Of a DNA stretch of 64,000 nucleotides, positions 23,502-35,734 are shown in pieces; positions within the stretch are counted from its first letter, which is position 1; each line of letters opens with the position of its first letter. The stretch spans positions 4,419,239-4,483,238 of the forward strand of contig NW_026867487.1 in the NCBI RefSeq assembly GCF_020745735.1, read 5' to 3'. Under the pieces are notes generated by a model. It was not told the DNA's origin. It made no database searches and saw nothing but the letters and a program-made list of their open reading frames with translations. The translations under genes were made by a program, and so were the position numbers. Origin of the DNA: Hemiscyllium ocellatum. Lineage: Eukaryota.

Positions 23502-24584
23502 GCCGCATGTTTCTGGCCACAGCTGCTGTTGTTGCGGGCTGTTTGTAACAGTAGGTTACAGATTTAAGCTTCATCTTCCTGTGAAGGAAATGTCCCAGAG
23601 GACAGATCACACCATCAGCATTTACACTTGTTCACTTCGAATGCTGTTTCTGATTATTGCATCGTGTGAGGACCGAGTACCCTGTTGTTTATTTGGGAAT
23701 GTCAAGGAACACCTCATTCAATTTCATTGAGAATAAAATATGTGGATTTGGCCTGGCACTAACCATTTCCATGTACCGCCCTTTTTGAAATGAAATGGAA
23801 CAAATAATTTTCAACGTGAAATTGCTAAATGAGGAGTAGAAAGCAGTCATCCATGTGAGAAGAATCTTAACATTTAAACAAACCCAACTGAGCAACTATT
23901 AAAATACTAAAAATAAAGGTTACATTCTACAACGTAACAAGGTAAAAGGGCGTTATTTTCAGGATATGATGAGAGGATAAGAACAATGATATTGACAGCA
24001 ATAATCTGGAAGGACAGGCGTGGGGTTCTCTTGGAATACCTTTTATATTCGAGGGAATATAAACGCCTTTTAATTCTTAAACGTACTAATTTTGCAGAAC
24101 ATGGGAAGGACGTTTAGATATTTGCACTCACCAGGTAAGGCTGAATTAATAATTGAATAACAATAATTATTTCATTTTTCCTCTTATCTATCCGGTGATT
24201 CTTTCCTGTTTCAGTTAAATATTCAGGAATGACTGGAAAAGAGTCAGGTCAGATATTTTTGGACTCTAGTCTCTCACAAATCTTTTGAGGTATAAAATGG
24301 CATAAAATCCCGAATCACATTTCAACTGAAGTTCAGAATACATCTTATGTAAGTGGAGCAGACGAACCCACCTCCAATGCAGCGATTATATGGTCATTTC
24401 TCAATTCAGTTATTTTCCAGAAAACACATGGAAAGACCTGGGTTTTTTCTACATTCTGCACCTCCCATGCAACCCCTGATATCTATTCTTTTCATTTTGT
24501 CTCATTACACGTGTGTTTTTGTTATCGGCTCCCACTGGTTTGCATGACCATATCCCTTAGCTTGCAGTAATACACGACGTTCTT

Positions 24585-24975
24585 GGGACCCTCCAATCCC
24601 TTGGCATCAATGTGGATTTCACCAGTTTCCCCATTTTCTCTCCCTAAGCCTATCCCAGTTCCAAATTTCAAACTTGGCACTGCCCTCATGACCTGTCCTA
24701 CCCGTCCATCTTTCTTCCCACCTATCCAATCCACCATCCCCTCTGACCTATCACCTTCACCCCACCTCCATCTACCTATGCACACTCATCTGGCTTCCCC
24801 CCAACACACACTCACACACCCACCTCATTCCCATTTATCCCACCACCCTCTCGGCTCACAGCCTCATTCCTGAAGAAGGGTTCTTGCATGAAATATCGAT
24901 TTTACCTGCTCCTCGGGTGCTGCCTGACCTGCTGTGCTTTTTCAGCTTCCTCGACTCTAATCTCCAGCCTCTGCC
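24585..24975 (+). mobile_element. Short PLE 3' fragment (paralog of 4905-5290)
   Basis: Same terminal sequence, including cctgaagaagggttcttgcatgaaatatcg. Confidence 0.72.
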
Positions 24976-25355
24976 ATCCTACGTTAACCTACGTTGTCAG
25001 AGAGCTCAGCTCACCTATAGTGAAGTTTCCCTCATATTTCTAAACATCCATCGATGCCGAAAATCGAGCACGAATGTCGATTGCTGGAGTAGCATTCACA
25101 AATTCTAAAATGTCAATGAAGAATATTGCATCAGTTAGCCGACTCCTGATGGCACACGTCTAAGGGGTCTTTTATTGAATGAATTCTCACCACATATCTT
25201 TAGAACTGTGTCACTGTAACCAGCTCCTGTGCTATCATATGTGCACAAGTAATATCTAAGGAAATATAGAAAAAAAAGATATCAAAATAACGATGATAAT
25301 CAATGTTATGTAGATAAAGCTTATATTGCAACACTGAGAAACATAGCTGAACAGA

Positions 25356-25565
25356 TTCTTTACTCAGCGAGTCGTGAGTTCATGGAATGCCCTGCCAGTA
25401 GCTGTGGTGATCTCTCTCTTTTTATGGGCACTTAAACGGGCATTGGAAAGGCATATGGAGGAAAGTGGGCGAGTGTAGGTTAGGTGGGATTGGATCGGTG
25501 CAACATCGAGGGCCGAAGGGCCTGTATTGCGCTGTATTTTACTATGTTCTATATTCTATGTTCTA
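25356..25565 (+). mobile_element. 5'-truncated CR1-type (HER1-like) LINE 3' end, private to copy 2
   Basis: tggaatgccctgccagtag...gggccgaagggcctgtattgcgctgt plus a (ttcta/tattcta)n tail. Flanks join directly in copies 1 and 3 (gaacag|atgattgtc). Confidence 0.78.
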
Positions 25566-26269
25566 GATGATTGTTATTACTATGTTCCTGAGCAGTGATC
25601 GTATTACAACATTCGAACTTCCCATTTAAATGAGTTGCAGCAGAACAAATGATAAAAGCCAATATGTTTTTAGAGCGGATGGTGAATGAAACATGGGATT
25701 GAAGCTGAATTGCTTCATTTAAGGATCAATGACGTGTCATGTCCAGTCTCCATGCTAATTAGTTCATTACTGGCACAGTCACCAAATCGCCTTTCAGCTC
25801 CATTGTACTCCATTCTAGAGACCAACGTGTTGGTTATGTGTACCCCTAATGGGAGATGGAGGAGTCAATTTAGTCTGTCGAAATTTCCGCACCTGCAAAT
25901 GAAGTCGTGTTTGACTTGCCTCACTGTGAAAAGAATCCTCAAATAACGTCTGTCCTTTAGGACTCACTAATCTATCGACATTGCCTGAAATATATTCAGT
26001 ACAATGGCTGAAATATTTTTGATGACGGCATTAAGCTTGAAATGAGCAATAATTTTATTTTTTTATATATAGAGTAACTGTGGGTCACTCATGGGTAATA
26101 TTTAATGTTGTGGTACGAGTATTACGCTCTGTCATTAATTGTGCTGCTCACTGATCAGGAAAAACCCACACAACAATTCTTTCAAAGAAATGTACTGAAG
26201 TGTCAGCATGTGATAAGCTGTAATGAACAGACATCAATGGGTAGCCGCTGTCACCAAGAAAACTGGGGC

Positions 26270-26604
26270 ATTTCTTCTACGAGGATTTTACTCATTTCCA
26301 GCACTGAATTGCACAGTTAGAGATCATGTGGTCACTCTGCAGTAGCTCAGATATGATTAATTGGTACAAACCATCTGCTTGCTGGAAAGCATGTGCGCTT
26401 TAACCTGAGCGCAACCTGCCTTCAACTCAGCAGCACCGCTCGTGCGCCTCCAGAATGCGACCTCAGACTCTGTGTCTGGTCACTGAACATGCAAAAACAA
26501 GGCATCAGCGTTACCAGTGTACATGCAGTTCAGAGTGAATTCTTCTCCCTCTGTGTGTGTGAGCGAGGGTTCACTCTGATTGACATGAACTGCATAGATC
26601 AGGT
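26270..26604 (-). pseudogene. Inverted V pseudogene V-C2 with relic 23-RSS
   Basis: Reads YAVHVNQSEPSLTHTEGEEFTLNCMYTGNADALFLHVQ*PDTESEVAFWRRTSGAAELKA, then after a frameshift LYQLIISELLQSDHMISNCAI. The relic RSS spans 26270-26308. Confidence 0.87.
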
Positions 26605-27307
26605 CAGGAACAAGAGAGGAGGAAATGGAAATCCAGAAATTAAACGTTCGGTCGATTCAAGTTGAAGATGGAAGTTCATGGGTTACCAACAACAATTGAT
26701 CGCAGAAAACATCTCATTAGGATAATCAAATCTGTGTTCATGCGTGCAATAACCACAAGCATCACACCTATTTCATCACTCAGTTTACCTACGACTCAGT
26801 CCATCCTTTTCTCCATCCCAAGTTTTTTTTTGTCTTCTTTTAAATGCATCTTTGTTGCTCTCTCCAAACTGTCCTGGTGGTGATGACATACTCGTTCTAC
26901 TTGTTCTCAGCTAAATAATGAATGGTGATGAACTGATTAAGCAAATTCAATATTGGAATATGAGTCACGATTATTCACTCACTTTGCTCGCAGTACTTAT
27001 TTGAATGCATAGTCACGATTGCACTTGTTTACCAATTAACTGACGAATCGTGACTAAATTCAACTTCTTTTATTACTATGGTTGAAATCTGAGTCAGGAT
27101 TATTCAGACAATTTGTCGGGATTATTTGCTTGAGGACATAACAACGATGTTATATAATCCATAGCTAATTTGGTGAAATCACAGACACGATGACAGAGCT
27201 CCCACTTGTGGTGATGAGAGAAACGTGACCTGTCTCTGAAAAATTGCTGAGTTTTCAAATAATTGAAAGAGGTTAGTGTCTGGTTCTGAAAACTGTTGTT
27301 ATTATTA

Positions 27308-27457
27308 NNNNNNNNNNNNNNNNNNNNNNNNNNNNNNNNNNNNNNNNNNNNNNNNNNNNNNNNNNNNNNNNNNNNNNNNNNNNNNNNNNNNNNNNNNNNN
27401 NNNNNNNNNNNNNNNNNNNNNNNNNNNNNNNNNNNNNNNNNNNNNNNNNNNNNNNNN
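27308..27457. other. Assembly gap (150 N)
   Basis: N run at the paralogous (ATC)n site. Confidence 0.99.
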
Positions 27458-29804
27458 ATCTTAATGCAGATGCACAATTGCTCGGAAAAATATCAACTTG
27501 CTTTGTTTTCCACCTTCTAACGTTTATTTATTTTCACTATCCCAAACGAATCCTTTCAACCAAAGTAGAACTGCAGTGGTCACCACAATTTCCACACGTT
27601 CACACAAATCAAGTCGATAGATGTGATCCTAGTTGTTATGTTCGATGTTTTTCATTCCAGTTGAAACTTACCCAAGCACAGTGGGTTGTGACTTCTGTGT
27701 CAATTATAACTGCTCACATGATTTCACTTCTGCGTTGAAAAGTGCCGGAATCAGTCGCCGGAATCTGCAGATCGTTGATTTAGGAAAGCGTGTCAGAGAT
27801 TCCTGGGTAGAGGACACAATAGAATTCCGCAGAAATTTTCAGTTTCCATTGAACAGCAAGTTTGATTAACTGCGAACTGCAGTTTGGAAGGACTGCAGAT
27901 GCTGGCATTCAGAGTCCATAAGATGTGGGGATGGGACGAGACAGCAGGTCAGACAGCATCAGAGGAGCCGGAAAAACTACATTGCATGTCTGGCCCTTCA
28001 TCTTGACTGATGAAATGTGGAAAATACGACGTGCATCCAGGATAAATGCTACTAGAAAACAGAACTAATGCTTTTATCAATCACTCAAGTGTTAGACCCA
28101 ACTGAAGTACTTTCCCAGAACTTTACCCGCGAGCTGCCAGTACGGGACCAAAACTGGCAAGCACCAGACCTGTTAGTTGTCATTGCATTTCGATAAAAAA
28201 AAATCTCGAAGCACAATTTGTGCTACTCGGAAAAAAATTCAAATTGTTGGTAAAATGTTAGATTGCCTAGCATGGAGATGAAACGTCTGAAAACAAATCC
28301 CTCTCTCTCTCTCCCTCCCTCCCTACGTCTTTCTCTCCCTCCCTCACTCAGCGAGCAAACCAACAACTTGATCCACAACCTGAGCTACAAATCTTCCGCA
28401 AACTCTTGATATCAAACATTGTTCTAGAACATTCTCAAGCAGTCTGATTCACGGATTGTCTGTAGCTTTGACGTTCGCTACTTTTTTCACAGATTTCCAA
28501 GAGAGACATGATCTTATTGAGAGTCACTGTCACGCTCATTTTCCTGGTGTCATGTCGTAGTTATACAAAGCTTTTTGGCACTGTATTGTGGGAGGAATAT
28601 ACTAAATCTGATTTCAGAAGGATTCAGTGTGAGGTGCCATGTTCGCCCTGGAGAATGGAAAGGTATACCTGTAAGTCAGGAAAACGGGTAGCACAAAGTA
28701 GAGTTCCATCCCAAAAGTATTCAACAGAAATGGCAATGAACTGGCATTCATTATTACATCCATTGACGCGAGTGCCATCTGTCCTGACACTAAACTCATT
28801 CTTATGCATCTTGCATAAAATTTTTAACATAAAGTTGGACGCCCAGGGTGTTTCAAGTTAGAAGCACTTTTCACAGATTAATTTTCGCTGGGACACCATA
28901 AAGATCAGAAGCAAGCCCTTTGCTTTATTTTACTAAGAAGGTTCGATGTCTCAGTGCATCCCACATTGAACACCAACGGTTTTGCAAATCCCCAAATCTG
29001 GATTCTTGTTTTCTTTTATCTCGTGAACGAATTCATAAAGGATTAGTTTCTCGCGCCTGGTTTGTGGGGTGAATCAACGCCCAATGGAATAGCGCAGTTT
29101 GAGAATGCAGCTCACCAATGTTTTCTTTAGGGGAAATATAAGTAGACAATAAGTGCTGCCATAGTTAGTGTGGTCTGTATCCCATGAACTATTTCTATAA
29201 ATCATATTGGAACCATCTCAGAATTCTTGTGTAAAACAATCAAGATACAAAATCAACCAAGCGTCAACAGCGCTGCCCTTTTTATTAAAATAGTTCCAAT
29301 TGAATTAAAATATCAAACAATCTAAATATGTCTCTGAAACTCAGCATAAGGCATAAAGTTGAGACTTTGTCGAATAGCACCGATTGTGCTTCGAGATCAT
29401 GATCGAAATGCACAGATCAGTAACAGTGCTTTCTATTTTCGGCACCATCTTTGCAGCTAAAAGAATTCTGTGTCATGTATTGCAGTTACGTCGTAGCTCT
29501 TGAATGATTGGTAACTGTATTAGTTCTATTTCCCAGTAGCACAAATCCTTGATAGACCTCTCATTTTCAATATTTAATGATCTACATTTCACCCTTCAAC
29601 AACGTTGTTTTCTTGTTAGCTGGCATACTTTCTCCTTTTTCGCAGAATAATTCAACATTATTGACCTGTCATTTCAAACAATTATTTCTTCCAATTACTG
29701 ACCAACTTCCTTTGAGTTAAGTGCATGGTTCTGTTCTTGGCATCAATTGTATGTTTATATCTTGGCTTCAGCAATGTTACGCAATTCTTTTATCATTAGG
29801 TTAA

Positions 29805-29985
29805 TTATATTGGCCGTGCTAAATTGCTTGATAGTGTCCAGTGATGTGTTGGTTAGGTCGATTAGGCTATGGAATTTACAGGGTTAGAGGGATAGGGTAA
29901 TTGGCTTTGTCAATGCGGGTTGTTCTTCGGAGGGTCGGTTTGGACTTCATGGGCCGAATGGCCTGCTTCCACACTGTCAGAACTC
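29805..29985 (+). mobile_element. Old SINE 3' portion
   Basis: ttggccgtgctaaattgc...atgggccgaatggcctgcttccacactgt. It is truncated by the PLE in copy 1. Confidence 0.6.
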
Positions 29986-30349
29986 TCCGATTCTATTAAA
30001 TTGCCAGTATAATTTCTCCATGATCATGTTAAAACATCTTCTGATGACAAATACCTCTCTACCTTCTGTATTATTTCTGTACCTGATTTATTACGGTCTT
30101 CTCGTGTTGTCAACATTTATCTGGTATGAGGTTGGCAATCAGAATGTGAATCATGTGTCTAACTGTTATAACGTTGTACGTACAATCACATTGCATTATT
30201 TGTAATCCATTAATGCCAAGAAATTAGCGCACAATCCTGATGTGAAATGATGGTACGTTATATGTTTGACATTCCCATTCATACTCTGAGTTAATTCATG
30301 CACTATTTTGCATCGTTGAAGAAAGGTTTTGCAGTTGTTGCAACAGATG

Positions 30350-30790
30350 GGCTACTCAACGACAAATGGAATTCAATTTAGATAAGTCTGCGGTCGTGCT
30401 CTTTGGTACAACAAACAAGGCAAGGGAATCAATAATAAATGGTAACAGCCCACGAAAGTACCATGAATCAGGGGTATCTCAGTGTGCATGTGCACCGAGA
30501 CGTAAGGTGAAGAATGCAAATGGGATTCATAGCTTTGTCAGTCATGCTGAAATTATGAAAGACATAGATCGGCTATGGAGAGACGAACTTTCAACTTGGC
30601 TGGCGGCATAAATCTAAAGAGAAACAGAACTGGTTTAGAGGGATGTGAGGAAATGTATTTACATCGACAGGATGGGGAGAATAAAGAATTGACTGCCTTT
30701 AATGGAATTCGAGGCAGACACACGCATTTAGATGTGCTGTTGCTACACCAAGGTATACATGCAAGAATAGTTAGTTTTTCTGACCAGCGG
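30350..30790 (+). mobile_element. Old CR1-type LINE RT/3' fragment
   Basis: QMEFNLDKSAVVLFGTTNKAR resembles the CR1 RT C-terminal WQMEFNxxKCxVxHFG motif. Heavily decayed; the end is approximate. Confidence 0.55.
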
Positions 30791-31426
30791 TTATACGATT
30801 GGATAAAATTATTTTTAATTAGAGAAAGAAAAAAACGAAGGTAGAGGTTTAAAATAAGGATCATCATCTCTCAGGCGAGGTGAGAGGTTAAGAAGGCGAG
30901 TCATTCGTGATAACCTACGCTGGTCTATGAATTTAACACACACGTTTGTCATCAATTGCAAACCAGCCAACAAGTCACCTGAACGCACCAATCCCCCGAG
31001 AATAAGAACACTACATTAATTTGTTGAATTAAATGCGTTTTCAAGGTATATGGTCAGCGAAATGAAGAAGGGACTTTGATAGCAATGGCACGTTCTGAGT
31101 TGATACGAAATGAAGCATGACTTCTTGCATTTCTGTATAATCCAGTGTGGTTCATGCTGGATCATCAAACATTTGTAGTTATTTTACTTTTGCATCATTA
31201 CTTGGAAACAAAGAACTTCAAAATTTCGTGAAAAAAACAAGATCAGCAGATATATGGTATTCAGTGACCAGGATCTGATATAGATTTTCCACTGTACAAT
31301 TAATTTTGCAGGATTTCATAATATAGCACATAATTTTCGGTTTTGGAAGTTTGAGCCCACAGATGATTGCCAATAATGCTGCTTGTATACATACTGTAAG
31401 GAAGGACGAGAGTTAATCTCGGCGTT

Positions 31427-31656
31427 NNNNNNNNNNNNNNNNNNNNNNNNNNNNNNNNNNNNNNNNNNNNNNNNNNNNNNNNNNNNNNNNNNNNNNNNNN
31501 NNNNNNNNNNNNNNNNNNNNNNNNNNNNNNNNNNNNNNNNNNNNNNNNNNNNNNNNNNNNNNNNNNNNNNNNNNNNNNNNNNNNNNNNNNNNNNNNNNNN
31601 NNNNNNNNNNNNNNNNNNNNNNNNNNNNNNNNNNNNNNNNNNNNNNNNNNNNNNNN
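31427..31656. other. Assembly gap (230 N), followed by a purine-rich low-complexity tract to about 31815
   Basis: N run followed by (AGAA)-rich sequence. Confidence 0.99.
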
Positions 31657-31815
31657 TGGAAAGAAATAGAGAAAGAGAAAGAATGAAGAGAGACAGAAAG
31701 AAAGCAAGAAAGCAAGCAATAGAGATTGAAAGAAAAATTATAGAAAGAAAGAGAAAGAGAGAAAGAAATAGAGAGCAAGAAAGGCACAGAGAACGAAAGA
31801 AATAAAGAAAGAAGT

Positions 31816-32873
31816 TTAAATGGTACCTAAAAGTGGCAAATATCGGAAAAAAACCTGAAGGAATCTCTTCTTGTTCCTTTCTTTACCGAAGTAGTGACAT
31901 TGAGATATCATAATTCTCTTTAAGGCATTGACACAAATAACAAACTTGTTATTTCTGTTTCTGGAGAGGGAGTGCTGCGATGTACCAATCTGAAATAAGC
32001 ATTGCACAGTCTGTTTTACTGTCGAGTAAGGGCATTTCAGCATCTTCAAATTCTCTCCAAACTTTTTCTTGGCTATTGCATAGATGAAGACATGATTGCA
32101 AGAACAAGAAACTGCAGCATGTTTTTCTGTTTCTTGAACGATAGACTGAGTGCCATTGAAATCGAAGCTGGTGACATATCCATGACCTGTAGCCTGATTG
32201 TGCAGAAAGTACACAACATAGGTGGCTTGCAAGAGGAGAAAGATGATCAATGTCGTGAAGAGAAGAACAATGGAGTTCTTGCGATGAGCCATCTCCTGAT
32301 CTTTACGAATCTCAGAGCCCCGGAGCTTTTGGTGGGCTCTATTGGCCGCTAAGATATGTCTTACAGTCAGGACATTGAGCAACGAAATGAGGAAGAAAGG
32401 GAGATGGGGACTAGAATGTGATCCAGCCAGTCATCTGCCTGCCAGATGAGCGAAGTATAGAAACTGGATTTGATCACACAGATCCGCAGCAACCTGTCCA
32501 CAGTGCACAATCGTTTGATGACAATGTAGAAAAGGACATTCTTGATGCAGCTCAAGAAGCAGACCATTCCTACAACTAGCGATCAGTTTTCTCTGTGCAG
32601 TTACTGGTCTTGAGGCTTTGGCAGCAGATGGGCACAAAATGGCTAGTGGTAAAGACAACAGTCAGCCAGACATAGCTATCTCTCATTACATAGGCCTGCA
32701 CAAAGGTGTTGTGGAGAGTACACTTTCGAAAATAAATGCTTCCAATCCGGTTCAGGATGTTAACATTGATGTTACTAAACACATCAGTTGTCCCTATTGC
32801 CACGAGGTGGTAGGTGACGCACCGGGAGAGACCAAAATGACACAGGCTTAGATTATGATCACCACAAGACTAG
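31816..32873 (-). pseudogene. GPR139-like class A GPCR pseudo-exon, copy 2 (most complete)
   Basis: Putative acceptor cctttgcag| at 32874. Frameshifted pieces give the 7TM order: SLVVIII..GLSRCVTYHLVAIGTTD; WLTVVFTTSHFVPICCQSLKT..CTEKT; CFLSCIKNVLFY; LNVLTVRHILAANR..DQEMAHRKNSIVLLFT..YVVYFL; SCSCNHVFIYAIAKKKF. The match is to my recollection of the expanded chondrichthyan GPR139-like family and was not confirmed by a search. Confidence 0.75.
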
Positions 32874-33511
32874 CTGCAAAGGGGCAGAAGGGATAGATGC
32901 GATATAAATGATTCCAAATCCCAACTGCAGTTTGCTTTGCTTCATTTTGGAAGTCCCTTCAACTGTTTCTTTCCCATCTATTCATTACCTGTTCTAAATC
33001 CCTTGGTAATTGATGGTATCGAATAGTGGATTATTCGTTTGTGATTACCTAATACATTTCAATCAACCTCTCTTCACAATATACTCTCCAGTGTGACGGT
33101 AGTCTACTTTCATACAAGCTCTACGTATAGAAACAGTCCATTTTTCCCGCCAAGTCCACACCACAAAAACGCTTCCCATCCACTCACATCACACAAATCT
33201 ATTCCTGTAACCCTGCGTTTCATATGGTTAATCCATCTCAGCTTCACACTGCTGAGCACTATGGTCAATCGACTCCTAATCTGCACATCGTTGATATGTG
33301 GGAGGGAAACGTTAGCACAGAGTAAGCCATGCAGGCACGAGGAGAATGTACAAACTCCACACAGACAGTCGCCCATGAATGGGTTTGAACCTGGGCCGCT
33401 GGTGCTGCCAAGTAGCAGTGCTAATCATTGAGCCATCATGCTGCCTTGAAGGGACACTTGTTCTGTGTCATTTCTCTTAGAGACTGGTGTTGTCACAATG
33501 TGCTAGAATGG

Positions 33512-33688
33512 TCAAAGCACAGCAGGTTAGGCAGCATCTCAGGAATAGAGAATTCAACGTTTCGAGCATAAGCCCTTATGCTCGAAACGTTGAATTCTCT
33601 ATTCCTGAGATGCTGCCTAACCTGCTGTGCTTTGACCAGCAACACATTTGCAGCTGTGATCTCCAGCATCTGCAGACCTCATTTTTTA
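33512..33688 (+). mobile_element. Second palindromic PLE-derived mini-insertion with 18-bp TSD
   Basis: Perfect 63-bp arms at 33510-33572 and 33575-33637. TSD CACAATGTGCTAGAATGG on both sides (left copy 33494-33511). The site is empty in copy 1 (about 11694) and copy 3 (about 52184). Confidence 0.92.
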
Positions 33689-33848
33689 CACAATGTGCTA
33701 GAATGGCTGTTTCAGAAGCATTGGGAAAATAACTTGGAATTTCTTGAGCGTTTCTTTATTGAATTAGACGAAGGAAATATGAGTGGCTGAAGTCAGGCTC
33801 GCGGAGACCTGCGATTTAAATTTTGCTTTCAGTTGGGGTTTGGAGTTT

Positions 33849-33885
<37 letters not shown>

Positions 33886-35423
33886 TTCTCTTTATGCTGG
33901 TAGATTCAGTATGACTTTCTCCTGGACTGGAGAGAACATGTGAGGAAAGTGTGTTCTGCTGTTTTGCCTTAGCCTAGTTTGCATGTACACGACCGGTTGA
34001 TGATTACTGCTTAAATAATAAATTATTTTTATTCAGTTTGTCCATAGAGTTAAAGCTATGCCAATTCTCCCTTTCCTGTTTCACTCTTGCTGTGTGGTTA
34101 GAATAAAGTATGTTTTGCTTAAAGCCTAGTGGTGGAGAAATTAAATTACATCTGGAACACAATGTCTTGCAGTTGCTTTTGTTTAAATAATGTGTTAAGT
34201 GCTAGGCTATTTCCTGAAAATAGTTTGAAGGTGTTTGGCACGGTCCACAGCACTAGTCACTGAGTAAATCCTCCGCGCATTCGGTTGCTTGTCAACTGGA
34301 GCATTTCTTGACCAACTCCTTATTTATCGATCCATACACTAATAGTTTGTCCGGATCGTCTCGTTTTCTGATAACGTTTCAGTTTACAAAAACATTTAAT
34401 CTTAGAATTGTCCAAATAGATCCATAGCTTTGGCACCTATACAAAGCCCAGTGATCAAAGTGAGCATCCAGTTATGTCCCTCCGTATAGCTCTGATACGA
34501 ATCATTCTATCAGAGTTTTGCGTTTTGCTGTTTGCCACATTAACAATACCAATGATTCCAATGAATCTTAATGTCTTCATTTGTCCACAAGTCTTCACCA
34601 CCTTCTTTCTGATCTAACACATCGATCAAACTTTTGTGCATCTGCCTTGATATTTCCTTATTTCATCTGGTATCAAATAGTCTGACCATATACACTGTAC
34701 AAGCTGAGGAAACAAATGTGACTTGCACATTTGTAACTGCTAAGTAGGAATGAGCTAAAAATTGAATTGCCAATAGCTACCACATACCACTCAACATTAA
34801 GAACTACTATCAGCAAACGTAAAATCCAAATGTAAAAGGCATATTATCACAGAACACAATATATAAGCGATTTAAAATATTGCACCTTCGTTGAATTTGT
34901 TCAAAGGTTTCCATTATGAATTCTGAAGATCACATTAACATCAATAGCTGCTCGGTGGGATCTCGCTCTGCTGCAACAATTACATTCATTTTAATGTCTC
35001 ACTCTAGATTTCTATTATCACTACGTGTATTTTATACTCTAACACAGCTATTGCAATAATAGTGCTAAATAATTCATTTTGCAAAATAACTATAAAATCA
35101 GTGCTTGAAAATTCCATTGTCATATATAGTGATGATAGGCATTAAAAAACACAAGAATATTTCAATAAGTTAGAGTAAAGTTTCATGATCAGTAACATGA
35201 CAAATTAAAATTCAATATATTACAAGACGTATTTCATCAACGTAAAAACGTAAATACTCCATGATGAAAGTGCAACGATTGCACTCTAATCCAGCAAATC
35301 CTGCATAATGTGTCATTATCAATTTCATCATATTGTAACACATATAAAGTTCATTATGCTCAGACACCTCTGATTATTCACAATATTCAGCCCATTCTGC
35401 AAGGGAAGATACAAAATATTTAC

Positions 35424-35734
35424 ATTAGATTAGATTTACAGTGTGGAAACAGGCCCTTCGGGGCAACAAGTCCACACCGACCCGCCGAAGCGAAACCCAC
35501 CCATACCCCTACATTTACCCCTTACCTAACACTACGGGCAATTTAGCATGGCCAATTCACCTGACCCGCACATCTTTGGACTGTGGGAGGAAACCGGAGC
35601 ACCCGGAGGAAACCCACACTGACACGGGGAGAACGTGCAAACTCCACACAGTCAGTCGCCTGAGTCGGGAATTGAACCCGGGTCTTCAGGCGCTGTGAGG
35701 CAGCAGTGCTAACCACTGTGCCACCGTGCCGCCC
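35424..35734 (-). mobile_element. HE1-type SINE, private to copy 2
   Basis: Full-length reverse complement of the 465-765 family, ending ...ccaccgtgccgccc. Confidence 0.88.

Noticed and set aside
31300-31805. ORFs spanning N runs (also 27100-27520 and 49708-50343)
   Set aside because: Artefacts of gaps and AG-rich low-complexity sequence.
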